Shown: positions 12,481 through 25,201 of the stretch, piece after piece
Numbering within the stretch: position 1 is the stretch's first letter
Layout of the letters: every line of letters starts with the position of its first letter
Assembly: GCA_030141605.1 (NCBI GenBank)
Contig: JAQGDQ010000118.1
Location: forward strand, 434,001-498,000
DNA: 64,000 nt
Origin: Tubiluchus corallicola
Lineage: Eukaryota > Animalia > Priapulida
Direction: 5' to 3'
Notes under the pieces: generated by a model
What the model was told of the DNA's origin: nothing
Database searches by the model: none
The model's input: the letters and a program-made list of their open reading frames with translations, nothing else
Translations under genes and position numbers: made by a program

Positions 12481-13482
12481 AATCGTGTTATGGTTAGGTC
12501 TCTTAGACTTCACAAGCAAGTTATGGCCCTGCTTATTTTAGACTCAGATTGCAGGAACTGGCCACAAATTTTCAAAATTTTTGGCACCACCCACTCTGCG
12601 GTAGTATACCAAACATTCCATTCTTTGACATTTGGCGCCCCTTTCTAAAAATCCTGTATCCGTCGCTGTCTTTTGACGGTAATGGTAAAGTTTATGAGAT
12701 GAAATTTTATTATACTTTACTTTAATCATTACTAAAATGAGTAAAAAATGATTAAAACTAAACTATACGAAGTTTGCTGTAAGTTAAACCTGATATTTGC
12801 AGATTCCAGAAAACCTGGCAATGAAAAAAGCTGGAAATATCAATGAAATAGTAGTAACAAATTTCAAAAAACCCAAACACACACAGTTAAAGGAACATTA
12901 TTAACGCAAATGTAAGAACACTATGACTTAAATTGTACCGACACTCCCTTCTGTCACATTGGTTACACCCTGTGACGCCTTCTACGATGTACTTCGTTCA
13001 GTTACGTAGCTGTATTACTGGAAAGATGTGATGGTATCTGTATGAAGTAACGTGAACTATAGAAATGTAAAAATTGACATAGCCTTGTTAAATCTTGTTG
13101 AGTAATGTCTTACGTTAATAGATAATGGGTTTATTAATTCGTCAAACTGATGTAACACTTACTCAGCTAGACAGAGATTAATGCATTTATCAGCTGCACT
13201 TCGAAGCTATAGAAGCTGATTAAGCAATAATATTGACTGATGCTGGCTAGTGTATGCATGCTATGCATCAAATGATGTCTCTGGTGATTGGATCTTCAAA
13301 TTAGAATGATCTCTATTTGAGATGATACTGACTAGCATCCCTTCTAATGCGTGGGTGAAACATCAGCTGCAGAAATATTTAGACAAATTTATAGGCAACC
13401 AAGACTACCCGAAATTCTGGTAAGGTTTTATTATTGTAGACATAGAGCAGTTCCATACAGCTAATACTGCCACGAGTCGACA

Positions 13483-14030
13483 GAATGAATTATGAATTAT
13501 GAATTTATTCCACAGCAACTCAAACATACATATAAATTTATATAACATTGAAAAAAAAACTATGCGAGTTACTGTGAGGAGGAGGAAGGAGCATTGAGCT
13601 TTCGAGTCCTCCTCCAGATAAGTGAAACAATTGACAATTAACATTACATTTTCATCAGTTATAGCTTACATTAGAACAAAATAAGTTTTGTTAGTAACTT
13701 AAGATCAGGATGAGTAAAATTGTGAGTTAATTATACCGTTGTAGTAGGTAATTCTTTGATGCTTTTTTAAATTGATAAAGATTAAGAGTTTTCATTTCAC
13801 GTGGAATTGATGACCATATCTTAATAGCATTATATTTTTGATGACTGTTTCATTATATTTGTTTTTGGAAGGGGGAGTACATAGTTTCCGACTGAATATC
13901 TTGTGTAATGATCATGTTGATTTGAAACTGGACTAAAGTATGACCGAAAAGCTGGTGGAAGTAGTGAATTATGATACATACAGTAGTGAAGACAATACAT
14001 GTCATATATTTCTTTCACTTTAAGAGTTTT
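13483..14030 (-). mobile_element. 5'-truncated L2/CR1-group LINE with 3' tail
   Basis: ORF2-end-like YHNSLLPPAFRSYF...HDHYTR...LPLPKTN...IKIWSSIP, then stem-loop 13578-13615, AATAAA and (ttcataa)n tail. Confidence 0.7.
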
Positions 14031-15459
14031 AACAGACAGGCAGATAACTATCTAGCTGGGGAGATAATTAATTATGTAATATCTTATCTCTTGCTAAAAA
14101 CCCGATGATAGTCGAAGAAATGTATTCCTAGATTAAAGGTGTGATTGTTGAAGGAAAATTGCACAATTCCATGTCGGGCAGGGCATCTGTCACTGTTCTC
14201 ACCACACCCTTATTGTATGGTTATGGCAGGAGAAATGGAAAATAGAATATGCAAGAATCGACTGATTCTGATATCAACTGATGTCAAAACTAAGAAGTGG
14301 CATCCTAGTCCAAGATGTTTACAAACTTACGATTGTTACTCCCGTACTCACTTGTATACAGGATAAGAAGCACATCCTATAAAATCGATTAAGGACTGAC
14401 GATATCATGAATAATTAGTGTTTATGCTAACTAGATAGATAGATATTTTATTTCTGAAAATCAAATTTTCAACAGGAAAATTACAAAATCAACGCATACC
14501 CGATGGTTTTATCAGCGGGCAAAGCTCTGGTAATGATTTCCAGATCATACTAACAGTTTGACTCAACATAGCTGCACAAGGTATTCACACAGATATACAA
14601 ATTTAGTTGTAAACTCCATGAAGCGAAAAAAAACTATTTACTAAGCATTTGTACACATGTGATAAACGAATATTTTACCTATATGATAATCACAGTGATG
14701 CGGTTATGTGTCCGCTAACAAAGCTATACTATTTAATTCAAAAATCTATGCATACAGTCGTAAATGAAACTTCCAATTGACATTAATTCTCCATCAAATA
14801 AATTTGCAATATTACTATAATTTAACGCGTACAGTGATCTATAAAGTGCATTTTCATGGCACTCGCACTAACTAGTCACCCACTTTGTGAATGCTTTAAA
14901 TTTTTACTGCACGCTATTTATGTAAGCATACTTCTTTTCCGATACAATCTTTGTCCGTGGCAATTGTGCAGATATGGCTGCAGGTCAGTGTTGAATTTAT
15001 TAAGGCATTTGTTAATTTACTTTCAAGTAAAATCATAGAATGGCAATCACTTACGAAGTATCGACTTTCTCAATTGGAACGCACGTTTGTGACAAATATT
15101 ATAAGTTTACCTAACAACAACCAAGTTCCCTTTTCGCCCACATTTGGTTTTTTTCTCAGTATTTCATTGAAATATCTGTTGCTTGTCTTGCCATTATTTA
15201 AACTGGTTTATGAAGTTTGACTGTTAAAGAATTACCATAAAGTCAAGTTTGTAAATACGATTTTAAGGCGTGTAGTGTCAGGCATAGTGATTCACTACCT
15301 ATACTGCGCAAATAGTACCGGACATCTTGACCTTAATCAATATGACTAACTGCATTCTAAAATGATATAATTTAACTTTTTTTGACGGCGTGTTTTCTTC
15401 GTTGGTTGCAGACTCATAGCCGACATTTTTTAAACAAGCTCGAGTAGTCGCAACGAACC

Positions 15460-16461
15460 ATGGAATCAGATGGAATGATATACTACAAGTGCATGTCTTG
15501 CTCTGAGTGTTTTATGACTGAAGACGTTTTCTTTGCTCACAGTAGGACGTGGCATTGTAAGATTCTCGTCAGTGAAGGCCAAAATGCTAACTGTCAGATC
15601 TCCACTAATCAACGTGGCAATGCCGAAACACTGGCGGAATGTCTTTTCAGTTCAAAAAAAGATCACATGGATGTGGATGAAGAAGATGTTGCATTTGTTA
15701 ATGTTTCCGAAGATATACCATTGCCAAGCTTTAATGCTCATGCAATAAAAGCAGAGAAATGCTTAGAAAAACCTGAGGAAGATTTGCACCCAGGTATTAG
15801 TAATGTAAGCTTTGATGCACATGTTATAAAGGCAGAGAAATGCTTAGAGAAACCTGAGGAAGAGTTGCACCCAGATGTTAGTAATGTAGCAGCTTCGATT
15901 AGGGGTGGTAAAGGAAGATCATCAAAAGTGAAGCATCCTGAACCACAGTTTTCTTCCCTTTCGTACCACCGAGTACTTAATTCAGCAAACGTTAGTAGAA
16001 ACTCTGCAGAAAGAACCAGTCCTGTTGAAAATATGGTGTCTAGAAAGGGTGATACCGCAGAGGAGCTCTTCGTAAACAATCATTACCTCACAGAATTGCA
16101 TCGATCAAACTTACCAAGGACAAGAGAGGAACTAGAACGAATTAAATCATCCAAAGTCCAGGTGTCCCGAGAGGGTTCAAGTTCACGGCGAGTGACCGTG
16201 TGCCGTTATTCGTGTGCGTGGTGTGGGAAACTTTTCCGCGACTCCACTGGCTTAAGGCGCCATGTTCTTATTCACACCGGCGAACGTGCATTCCAGTGTG
16301 ATTTGTGCGATAGACGATTCCGATTGCTACAACATTTGAAAGGACACAAGTTAAAAGTCCACAAGCTCAAACAAGATCCCGAGTCAGAGTCCAGTAAGGA
16401 AATGACGAGCATTTTAAGTGAAAGTAAAGAATTGTTGTCTGCCACACACAGTAAGGAATGA
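15460..16461 (+). CDS. ZF1: C2H2 zinc-finger protein, family N-terminal module + 2 fingers (333 aa)
   Basis: Intact ORF; N-module YYKCMSCSECF..FFAHSRTWHCKILVSEG; two fingers joined by HTGERAF; acceptor ending 15410. Confidence 0.9.
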   Translation: MESDGMIYYKCMSCSECFMTEDVFFAHSRTWHCKILVSEGQNANCQISTNQRGNAETLAECLFSSKKDHMDVDEEDVAFVNVSEDIPLPSFNAHAIKAEKCLEKPEEDLHPGISNVSFDAHVIKAEKCLEKPEEELHPDVSNVAASIRGGKGRSSKVKHPEPQFSSLSYHRVLNSANVSRNSAERTSPVENMVSRKGDTAEELFVNNHYLTELHRSNLPRTREELERIKSSKVQVSREGSSSRRVTVCRYSCAWCGKLFRDSTGLRRHVLIHTGERAFQCDLCDRRFRLLQHLKGHKLKVHKLKQDPESESSKEMTSILSESKELLSATHSKE

Positions 16462-17572
16462 GATATGAATCAGAAATTGTCTGTCATCATTGAACTTTTC
16501 AAGTGCCATAGTTATATGAAGCTTCCTTTTACGTGCATTGCAATGTAGAATTTCATTCGTTTGTTTACTTTTAAAGTTACCGGTGTTAAAAAATCCTGAA
16601 AAGTGTTAAAGTAACTGGTTTGAAGAAACCAAAAAACTTGAAATTTAGTTTTAAGATTTTCTTCTGAAATGCCTACATAAACAGTGAAGCAGTGTCATGT
16701 TGAAAAGCAGAAAACCAAGTGACCAGAAACTACAGGTGAAATTATTTAGGTGTGAAAACAGGTTTAGAGATTATGCATTCCTAAAGACTGTAGAAGCCAA
16801 TGAAAATTTAAACTGTATAGAGAAAGCTTTAACAATTTTAACAAGAACATCTGAAGGTGGCAGCACTATCCAAAACTCAAAAAAGTATGATGACAATTCA
16901 ACATAAATTTAAATTTAGAATAAATAAAATGATTTTCTTCTCTCCAGTAACCTTAAAGGAAGACAGGATGATTTTTCACATACTACCCCATTGTCAAATC
17001 TGATAAAAAGTATACATTTTAACACAATTAATACTGCAAAAGTGTTTCTGACAATTAAATAATAGATTAAAAACTTAGTTAACAGTAGGCAAGCCCAGCT
17101 ATTGATGACATCACAAACCAACATAATTTCCAACAGCAAAAATATTCCACGAGCGTGTTGCACGTGTTTACAAAAGCAAAAATTGAAGTACAGTTCTACT
17201 GTAAGATATTCAGTGTGTTGTACTAAAATACATACAAATGCGAATTTACCACTGTGCTCATGCATGAGTTGTCAAATGTGCGTAGTTTGCTAGAAACTAA
17301 CATATCTGAACTGGGAGGTACAGCACCTGTTTTTTATGCAATGCATTTCCAAAATGCAGGCAGTAGTGCCATCTAACTAGCAAAAGGCGTAATGCATGTA
17401 ACAGCGAGGAACTAGTTGCGCGAACATGAAATTGCGTTTGTATGGTAATAATTCTGCCACGTAGGTCATTTTTGAAAAATATTATGTTTCATTTCAATAT
17501 TTGAAAGAGTGGATTGTTTTGACCTACAGTTTAAGGTTGGTCCAGTTTTGTTTCAATGCAAATGAAAGCGTG

Positions 17573-18243
<671 letters not shown>

Positions 18244-18536
18244 AAGCATGTAAAATATATGCATTTAGCATGTGCAAATTGCAACATCACTGAGATGTAT
18301 CTCATCACATTGCACTTTTATTCGGCAAATGTGTACAATGCATCTTCTACTTTGATACGGTTTTTATTAATTTAAATTATCGATCAATTCAGAAATGTGA
18401 TTTGAAATTTTTCAAGCTTTTTCCTGTAAATCGGTTTTTGATTGTTTATTTATAACTATATAGTTTCACAGATCTTTCTACTTTGACTGTATAAACAAGT
18501 TGACCAATGAGAAAAATATCCATAGTTCGTTTACAA

Positions 18537-19024
18537 CAGGGGTGTGCAAATTATCTGACTAGCCGGGCCACATTAAACTTTCCCGCAATTCCTGCGGGCC
18601 ACAGGCAGTTTGATCGAGGAGCCAAGTACAGAAAGGCCTAATAACGATTTTTTTCCATCCGACCTGCGTACATCATTACTACTACACTCAAGAAACTATT
18701 TTAGAAGTTATTAAAATTTATATTACAAACCATATATTTCTGCTTTCAGGACAGATAGTGGTAATTTCATTACAATGCATATTAGTAATGTGTATCACAC
18801 AGTCTGTGTAGTACAGTGACATTAAGCTACAACCGTCTTGTAAGGGTTAATGGCATCCGATCTAGTAGAAAAAACTAGCCGCACTATATTTGGGATTGTG
18901 GCACAGACTTCAGCGGGATACACTCAATTAATCGCCCAGGCCGCACTTTCATTAGGTTGACAAATCTCTTCGCGGGCCGCACAAATTCTCTCGGCGGGCC
19001 GCAAGTGGCGTTTGCACACCCCTG
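18537..19024. mobile_element. hAT (Buster-type) MITE family A, copy 1
   Basis: TIR caggggtgtgcaaa / tttgcacacccctg; near-identical body to four other copies; flanks gtttacaa / ctccaggc do not match. Confidence 0.9.
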
Positions 19025-19326
19025 CTCCAGGCTGTTTGAGAAGGTGCCACACTAGTGAGTATTACACGCTGGTTAAAACCTGATATATAATTTGTGAATT
19101 TGCTTGTCTGAATTTTACCTTTTTGGATAATCTGTAAGAACAAATAAAATTCTTTGGTACAGTAGTTGACTATTTTCTTGAACAAATTTTTGTCTCATGT
19201 TTAGTGTAGAGATCATCGTCATACTCAACTGATTTACAAAAACATACTAAAAGGGTTGTACATCGGATACGTAATTATGAATTGATGAGTGTGAACTTTT
19301 TATTATTACTGTAATAATTTGTATCT

Positions 19327-19872
19327 GGGTCATTCTCTACAGAACGTGTAAAACAGATGTGAAAAAATCTGCTAAATGACTGGAAAGATGTTCTTAAAAT
19401 TACTCTTCCATGTTATTAATAAGGTATTATTGTAAACAATTGAGTCAGTCAGTGGTACATGCCTCAACTTTTACACCAAAGTAAGAGGAATGACACATAA
19501 ACACGGAGATACACATAAAATTACGCAACACGAATATTTGCTAGTTCTGAAAGTATTTGGGAAGAGGATTTTCACTTCTAGTGTGCTGTTTAGAATAAAA
19601 TACTGCAAACTAATTTTTAAACGGATACTTTCTGCCAAAACTAACGTAATGAAAAAGTTGAAAATGGGCACTGGGGACATAGGAAAAACTCGCCCACAAA
19701 CTGATTTCAGCTTCAGTAGAAATGTCCAAATCACTTTTCTGGCAACAAATACAACTGGAATAAGTCTCTTTCTTTAGTGTTTACCAGTCATGAGACAGTA
19801 TCGCACCAGAAACTTTGTTATTTAAAAAAAATATCCTGGGACAAAAATTGTACGTTCTGTGGAGAATGACCC
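19327..19872. mobile_element. Non-autonomous TIR element, Sola2-like
   Basis: TIR gggtcattctctacagaacg / cgttctgtggagaatgaccc; 4-bp duplication atct; GRG termini with 4-bp TSD fit Sola2. Confidence 0.7.
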
Positions 19873-20155
19873 ATCTTCAGTTTTTTGCTTTCTATAGTCA
19901 TTTTGTAAATCTGCTTTGTAGAAAATGTGTTTTATTGCTGTGCTAGATACTAGCTACGTTTAATGTATCGACCAAAAAAGTGTACTTGATTAGCTTGATT
20001 GAGTTATTTAAATTGAAAATTAAATTGATTGAGCTATTTAAAGGTGCATTGTAATTAAGCTTCGATTTGTCTGTACTCTGTGAAGTTATGTGACTGGATA
20101 TCGTAATGAAAGATAAGATCTTGCATCGAAGTAATTTCGAAAAATAAAGTTTACC

Positions 20156-20267
20156 AAATAATGAAACAATGATCTTTATGAAACAATGTTGCAAATAATG
20201 AAACAATGATCTTTATGAAACAATGCTACAAATAATGAAACAATGATCTCTATGAAACAATGTTGCA
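20156..20267. repeat. 37-bp tandem repeat x3
   Basis: aaataatgaaacaatgatctttatgaaacaatgttgc repeated three times. Confidence 0.9.
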
Positions 20268-20444
20268 GTTTAGTTTTAGCATTTGGTATCATTGCCCTTA
20301 ACTTTATTTAATGTGTTTTCTATTAAATTTGCAATTTAGCTGTAATAATGATAGCACCAGTCACAATAGCACATTAGTACACACAATGACGCTTTTTAAG
20401 ATTTCATAGATCTCGTTAACTCATGACCATTCTTAAGTTTTAAA

Positions 20445-20951
20445 TTGTTGTTGTTGGCATCCTTCTGTCTCGGAAGACAATGGAGTGCGCGCCAAGAGAG
20501 TCAGTTATTGATCACATTGATGGAGCTGCAGCGTCGACTGCGGTTGAGCAATCCGATCCTTGAACCACTGGAGTGGCCTCTCCAGGGCGCACGCCTGGGC
20601 AAGGTGTATGGAGATCCTGAGTTGCCCAGACAACAGGAACCCCTCTCTTTCTCGCTGGTGTAGTCCAAAGGAAAGCGGAGCGATACGTTTGGCACCAGGT
20701 TGGGTGCAGGAGCTGCCGGAGTCAGTGAGCATGCTGCACTCCATCAGGACTCCACTCCTGATTTGGAAGGTTTACTCCTCTACACATGGCAGTTGGGTCA
20801 TTTGACCTCCGCCCTCTAGCCGTTGGCTGCTTGCGCAGCTCCTCCGCCTAGTGTCGAGATGCAGTGTGGGCATCCCGCAAGCCTACAGCACCTGGTATTC
20901 CTAGGCGGTCACCCATCCAAGTACTAACCAGGCTCTACGTTGCTTAACTTC
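20445..20951 (-). mobile_element. 5S rRNA-derived SINE (SINE3-type), 5'-truncated, (caa)n tail
   Basis: Minus strand: 3' part of 5S rRNA, ~430-nt GC-rich body, ends gaaggatgccaacaacaacaa. Confidence 0.8.
20879..20951 (-). pseudogene. 5S rRNA fragment (3' ~73 nt), SINE head
   Basis: Reverse complement gaagttaagcaacgtagagcctggttagtacttggatgggtgaccgcctaggaataccaggtgctgtaggctt is animal 5S (box A, IE, box C); the 5' end and oligo-T terminator are missing. Confidence 0.9.
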
Positions 20952-21211
20952 AGGAGTGGAGACCCGAAGGCGGACCAGTGCAGCATGGTCACTGACTCCG
21001 GCAGCTCCTGCAGCCAACCTGGTGCCAGACGTAGCGCTCCGCTTTCCTTTGGACTACATCAGGGAGGAAGAGAGGGGGTTCCTTTTGTCTGGGCAACTCA
21101 GGATCTCCATACACCTTGCCCAGGCGTGTGCCCTGGAGAGGCCATTCCTGTGGTTCAAAGATCGGACTGCTCAGCCACAGTCGACGCTGCAGCTCCATCA
21201 ATGTGATCAAT
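20951..21211 (+). mobile_element. Second, inverted partial copy of the same SINE body
   Basis: Diverged reverse complement of 20507-20760. Confidence 0.85.
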
Positions 21212-21530
21212 GGAAGCACTAATAACCTGTTCTTCTTGGGTACATTAATCGTGGTTTCCGCTCTAGTTTGTATCTCGTATCATTAGCTGTTTATTGACAA
21301 ACTGGTAGAACAGTCAAGTGCTGCATATTGTGTAGTTTGACTGGTTATTAATACAAACCCATCACAAACTGTATTTGATTACTTTGCTTTTCTTAAACTA
21401 TGTACACATCATGCTTCCTAAAAGAACTGTGTTATAGCTTTTAATATAAAAGGATAAATGTTTCTTAAATGTTTTAGTGGTTAGTGTTTAAATTACATAT
21501 TCATCTACTATTAGCAATTTTTTAAGTATA

Positions 21531-21990
21531 CAGTCTAGCCTCGTTATCTCGCCCCTCGTTATGCCGCCAAACTCGTCTCTCGCCATAGAAAGTACCAGGA
21601 CGGATTTCCTGCTTTGATATTTACCTCGTTAAGTCACCACCCTCGCTTCTCGCCCTCGCCACGTCATGCTAGGATGAGTGCTTATGTAAACTATATTCGT
21701 TATGTCACCAAACAGACAAACTCAGAGGTGAATCGATCAATACATATACCGCGTGTCGATCAATATAACTGCGGTATGTAGACAATGCTGCTGTACTCGA
21801 TAGACAGACATAATTAATCTAGTGTGTGTCTCACCAGGATTAGATTAGGAGTACTGTGGTTGGTTAATGCGTCAACTATTATGTACATACATATAGACTA
21901 ACTTCGTTATATTCCCGTTATCTCACCACACTCGCCTTTCGCCAAAAATTTGACCTAGACGGACAGTGGCAAGATAACGAGACTAGACTG
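21531..21990. mobile_element. pogo/Tigger-like MITE
   Basis: TIR cagtctagcctcgttatctcgcc / ggcaagataacgagactagactg, TA on both sides. Confidence 0.85.
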
Positions 21991-22221
21991 TATTATTATT
22001 AATGAAGCATCATCTACAGAAGTATTAAAATAAAGACAAATGAACAAGGAAGTTACATCCGTTATAAACTTTTATTAATCTGTAATTTTACGTGTTATGA
22101 CTTAATTGTTTTATTTGCTGATTTGCTAGCTGACTAGTTTATGAATCTTGAATTCCTGTTGATATTGGATCTACATTGTATACATTCAGTTATCTGCGTG
22201 GTCACGTCACCATTCACTCCA

Positions 22222-22743
22222 TGTAACATATAGTCATTGATGTAGAATCTTGTACTAAAAGGTTACCCCATGTTACTCATAGATCTTTGTGGTAAGAAAC
22301 ACATCATTTATGCATATCTGACGTGCATTCATGATTTGTGTGAGTACTTCTGACAGTTATAGTTAAATGAAAATTAAGTTCATTCCATTGTATTGCTGGA
22401 ATTGTACTTTTGTATACCATATCATAGCTACTATTGAATTGTAAATTAGAAAGTACCCTCTATTTTATGCCCTATGCTAAACTAAGATTATTCAGAAGTT
22501 GAATGTAGTGAAACTGTGGAAGAAGCTTTGGTGAAGTATTGTAATTCATACACTTTCGTATTTAATGTAGTAGACTCGGAAGTTGACATTCTAAATTCCG
22601 TTTTGAGGTCAATAGGATTGTATCGCTTTGTGAAAAAGGGAGATGTAACATGTAGTCATAGATGTAGAATCTTGTACTAAAAGGTTACCCATCTTACTCG
22701 TAGATCTTTATGGTAATAAACACATCATTTATGCATATCTGAC
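22222..22743. repeat. ~100-bp direct repeat pair (22222-22322, 22643-22743)
   Basis: tgtaaca.tagtcat.gatgtagaatcttgtactaaaaggttaccc...aaacacatcattt.atgcatatctgac twice. Confidence 0.85.
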
Positions 22744-22845
22744 ACTCCACACTTTCAAATTTCAATGATTTTTGTAGGTTACTGATGGTTATTGCTTGTT
22801 TACTGGTGTTGCTATATTTTATACAAAAGTGAACAGCAGTCTACT

Positions 22846-23685
22846 ATGGAATCAGAAGGAATGATCTATTTCAAATGTACGTCCTGTTCTGAGTGTTTTA
22901 TGACCGAGGAAGTTTTCTTGGCTCACAGTAGGACATGGCATTGCAAGATTTTGGTCAGTGAAGGACATGATTCGGCCACTAGTGACCAAGTTATTGATTT
23001 TGGTATTAAAAACGAAGATGAATTTAGTCCAGAGAAAGATCCTGATGAAGCAATTGAACAACTTGATTCTGAAGACTTTACATTGCAGAATTTTAACGTA
23101 CCCAATATGGAAGATGATGTCGCGTATATGGAAAATGACGACAACGTAAGGGTATCTGATTACGACGGTAGCAATATGAATTTGTCAAAAATGAAGTTTC
23201 TCAAAGCCAAATCATCGGCAGTAAATCCAGTTGTAACTTCCCAAACAGAAAAAATTTTACCTGGTATTAACAGAAGTGCTGTTCATGATGTCAATTTTAC
23301 TGAAGAAGTGGCACTAATGGATGCTAAAAGTAGTGTATTAACAAAAGAACATCATCATACTGAATCACCTCGCATGTCTTCATTAACTAGTATTAAACTA
23401 CGTGCAAACCAGATATCAAATCTGCGTAAGGCAAGTGTGAAACGGGTTGCGAGCAATTCCTCTGCCATCCGGGTACAACGAAGCGGTTTGAGTTCCAGGC
23501 GGGTCACCGTGACTGGTTACCCGTGTAGCTGGTGTGGAAAATTTTTTCGATACACGAACGACCTGAAGCGTCACGAACGTTGTCACACTGGTGAACGGCC
23601 TTATGAGTGTGATGTGTGTCACAGGCGATTTCGACGTTCTCACCATTTGAAGGGGCACAAATTTGCGCTTCACAATGCAGCATGA
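22846..23685 (+). CDS. ZF2: family N-module + 2 C2H2 fingers (279 aa)
   Basis: True ATG at MESEGMIYFKCTSC (22846); HTGERPY linker; candidate acceptor ending 22777. Confidence 0.9.
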   Translation: MESEGMIYFKCTSCSECFMTEEVFLAHSRTWHCKILVSEGHDSATSDQVIDFGIKNEDEFSPEKDPDEAIEQLDSEDFTLQNFNVPNMEDDVAYMENDDNVRVSDYDGSNMNLSKMKFLKAKSSAVNPVVTSQTEKILPGINRSAVHDVNFTEEVALMDAKSSVLTKEHHHTESPRMSSLTSIKLRANQISNLRKASVKRVASNSSAIRVQRSGLSSRRVTVTGYPCSWCGKFFRYTNDLKRHERCHTGERPYECDVCHRRFRRSHHLKGHKFALHNAA

Positions 23686-25201
23686 CCACATGACCAGCAT
23701 GACCACATTAAACCGTGTTAAACATGCGTGCTCTCTGAACAGGACATGAAAATGAAAGTGATAAATGCACATTTGGGCCAATTGTGGATTTTGTGTTTGA
23801 TCTGTCTCTTGGTGGATTATTTTTCAGCAGGCTCAGAATTTCAGATTAGATTTTGTGAAATTCTGTGTCCGCTTCTAGTTACTAAAGTAACTAAAATATG
23901 TATGATATACTGGCGGTCCATTTCTCTGTGCACGCATTTACTTACTGCGATGGCGGTTTTTCTTCTTTAAGCAGATTTTTAGAGCAGTAGTTTTACTGTG
24001 TAACGTAACATATTTAGGACATGATTATTATAAGCACGATAATAATTAATTTTACGAACAAACAAATGAATTTTGCTTTAAAACGGGTTTATTCATTGCT
24101 AATATTCAAAAGGTAGTGTTCATTCATGAGAAGTATGCCAAAAAGCTAAAGTGCTTTTTAGTATGTTAGTGTTTCCATATGGATCGTGAGCAGACCTAAT
24201 CAATTATCACCGAGACTGGACGATTTAGGCCTATTTCACAGTGATGACTTGCCGCAAACTTCCTCGAGGAAAAATTCCTTGCAGCATGCTTCGGGAAAAT
24301 GGAACACATTGTTTTCTATGATGCATTTCACAGTGATGCCTTATGAGGAATTTACCTCGTGCAGCTAGAAGCTATTTTCATAGGGAAAATGGGCCGCATA
24401 CTACAGATTCTATTTTGTGAAGAACACTCGCATAATTCAGATGCTCATTTACTTCTTTCTTGTTTAGCAACAACAATTAACACTTCTCAGCTCATAAGAT
24501 TTTATGAATTTATGAGAAATTATAAGATTTTAAGAGATCTCTCTTTTACTAGACGGGCAATTTTATGTTTTATTAATGCAACAGCAATGTCTATATACAT
24601 TGATTGGAAGTTATAGTTCATTTACTTCTTTTTTGAAAATCTGGCGTATTGCTTTGCGAGATGCTGCTGTAAACTGGGTATTGTAAATGTATTCACCATG
24701 AAGGTGGCGAGTACGGAATTATTCACATTCGAGTTTAATCCATGAAATGTTTATCCAGAAAATCCAAAATCAAAAAAATATTCGATTTATTTAAAGGCAT
24801 GGTAACAAGAACAAAAATGTTTGCAATTTTTTGCAATTTACAGATGAGTATTTTTAAGCCGGTTTTTTTGCTGCATCTCTTTTCAAATTTCCATTAAATA
24901 AGTGATTTGAAGAGAGCGTCATATGTACAGTTTAGAAATATTTTGGGTGATACAAGATGCTGTTGGATGTTTGTAATAATTATTGTAATGGAGTCTCTTC
25001 TGTGTGAAATGTGTTTGTTACTGATTGGCAAACTTAAATTTCAAAGCTCAGTTTAACTTCATTTTAGTTTTACTAAGAAAATGTTATTAAGCTCACGTTG
25101 TGTTGCCATGTCTTTAAATAATGCAAAATATCATAAGTTTTTTCTTCATTGGTTACAGAGTGACACATAAAACTGCCTGGATTTACATGAAAGATCAAGT
25201 C

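Noticed and set aside
20879-20951. Functional 5S rRNA gene
   Set aside because: 5' ~47 nt and the oligo-T terminator are missing; continues into a SINE-like body.
20445-21222. Cluster of 64-88-aa ORFs with mutual similarity
   Set aside because: Chance frames in two GC-rich SINE copies.
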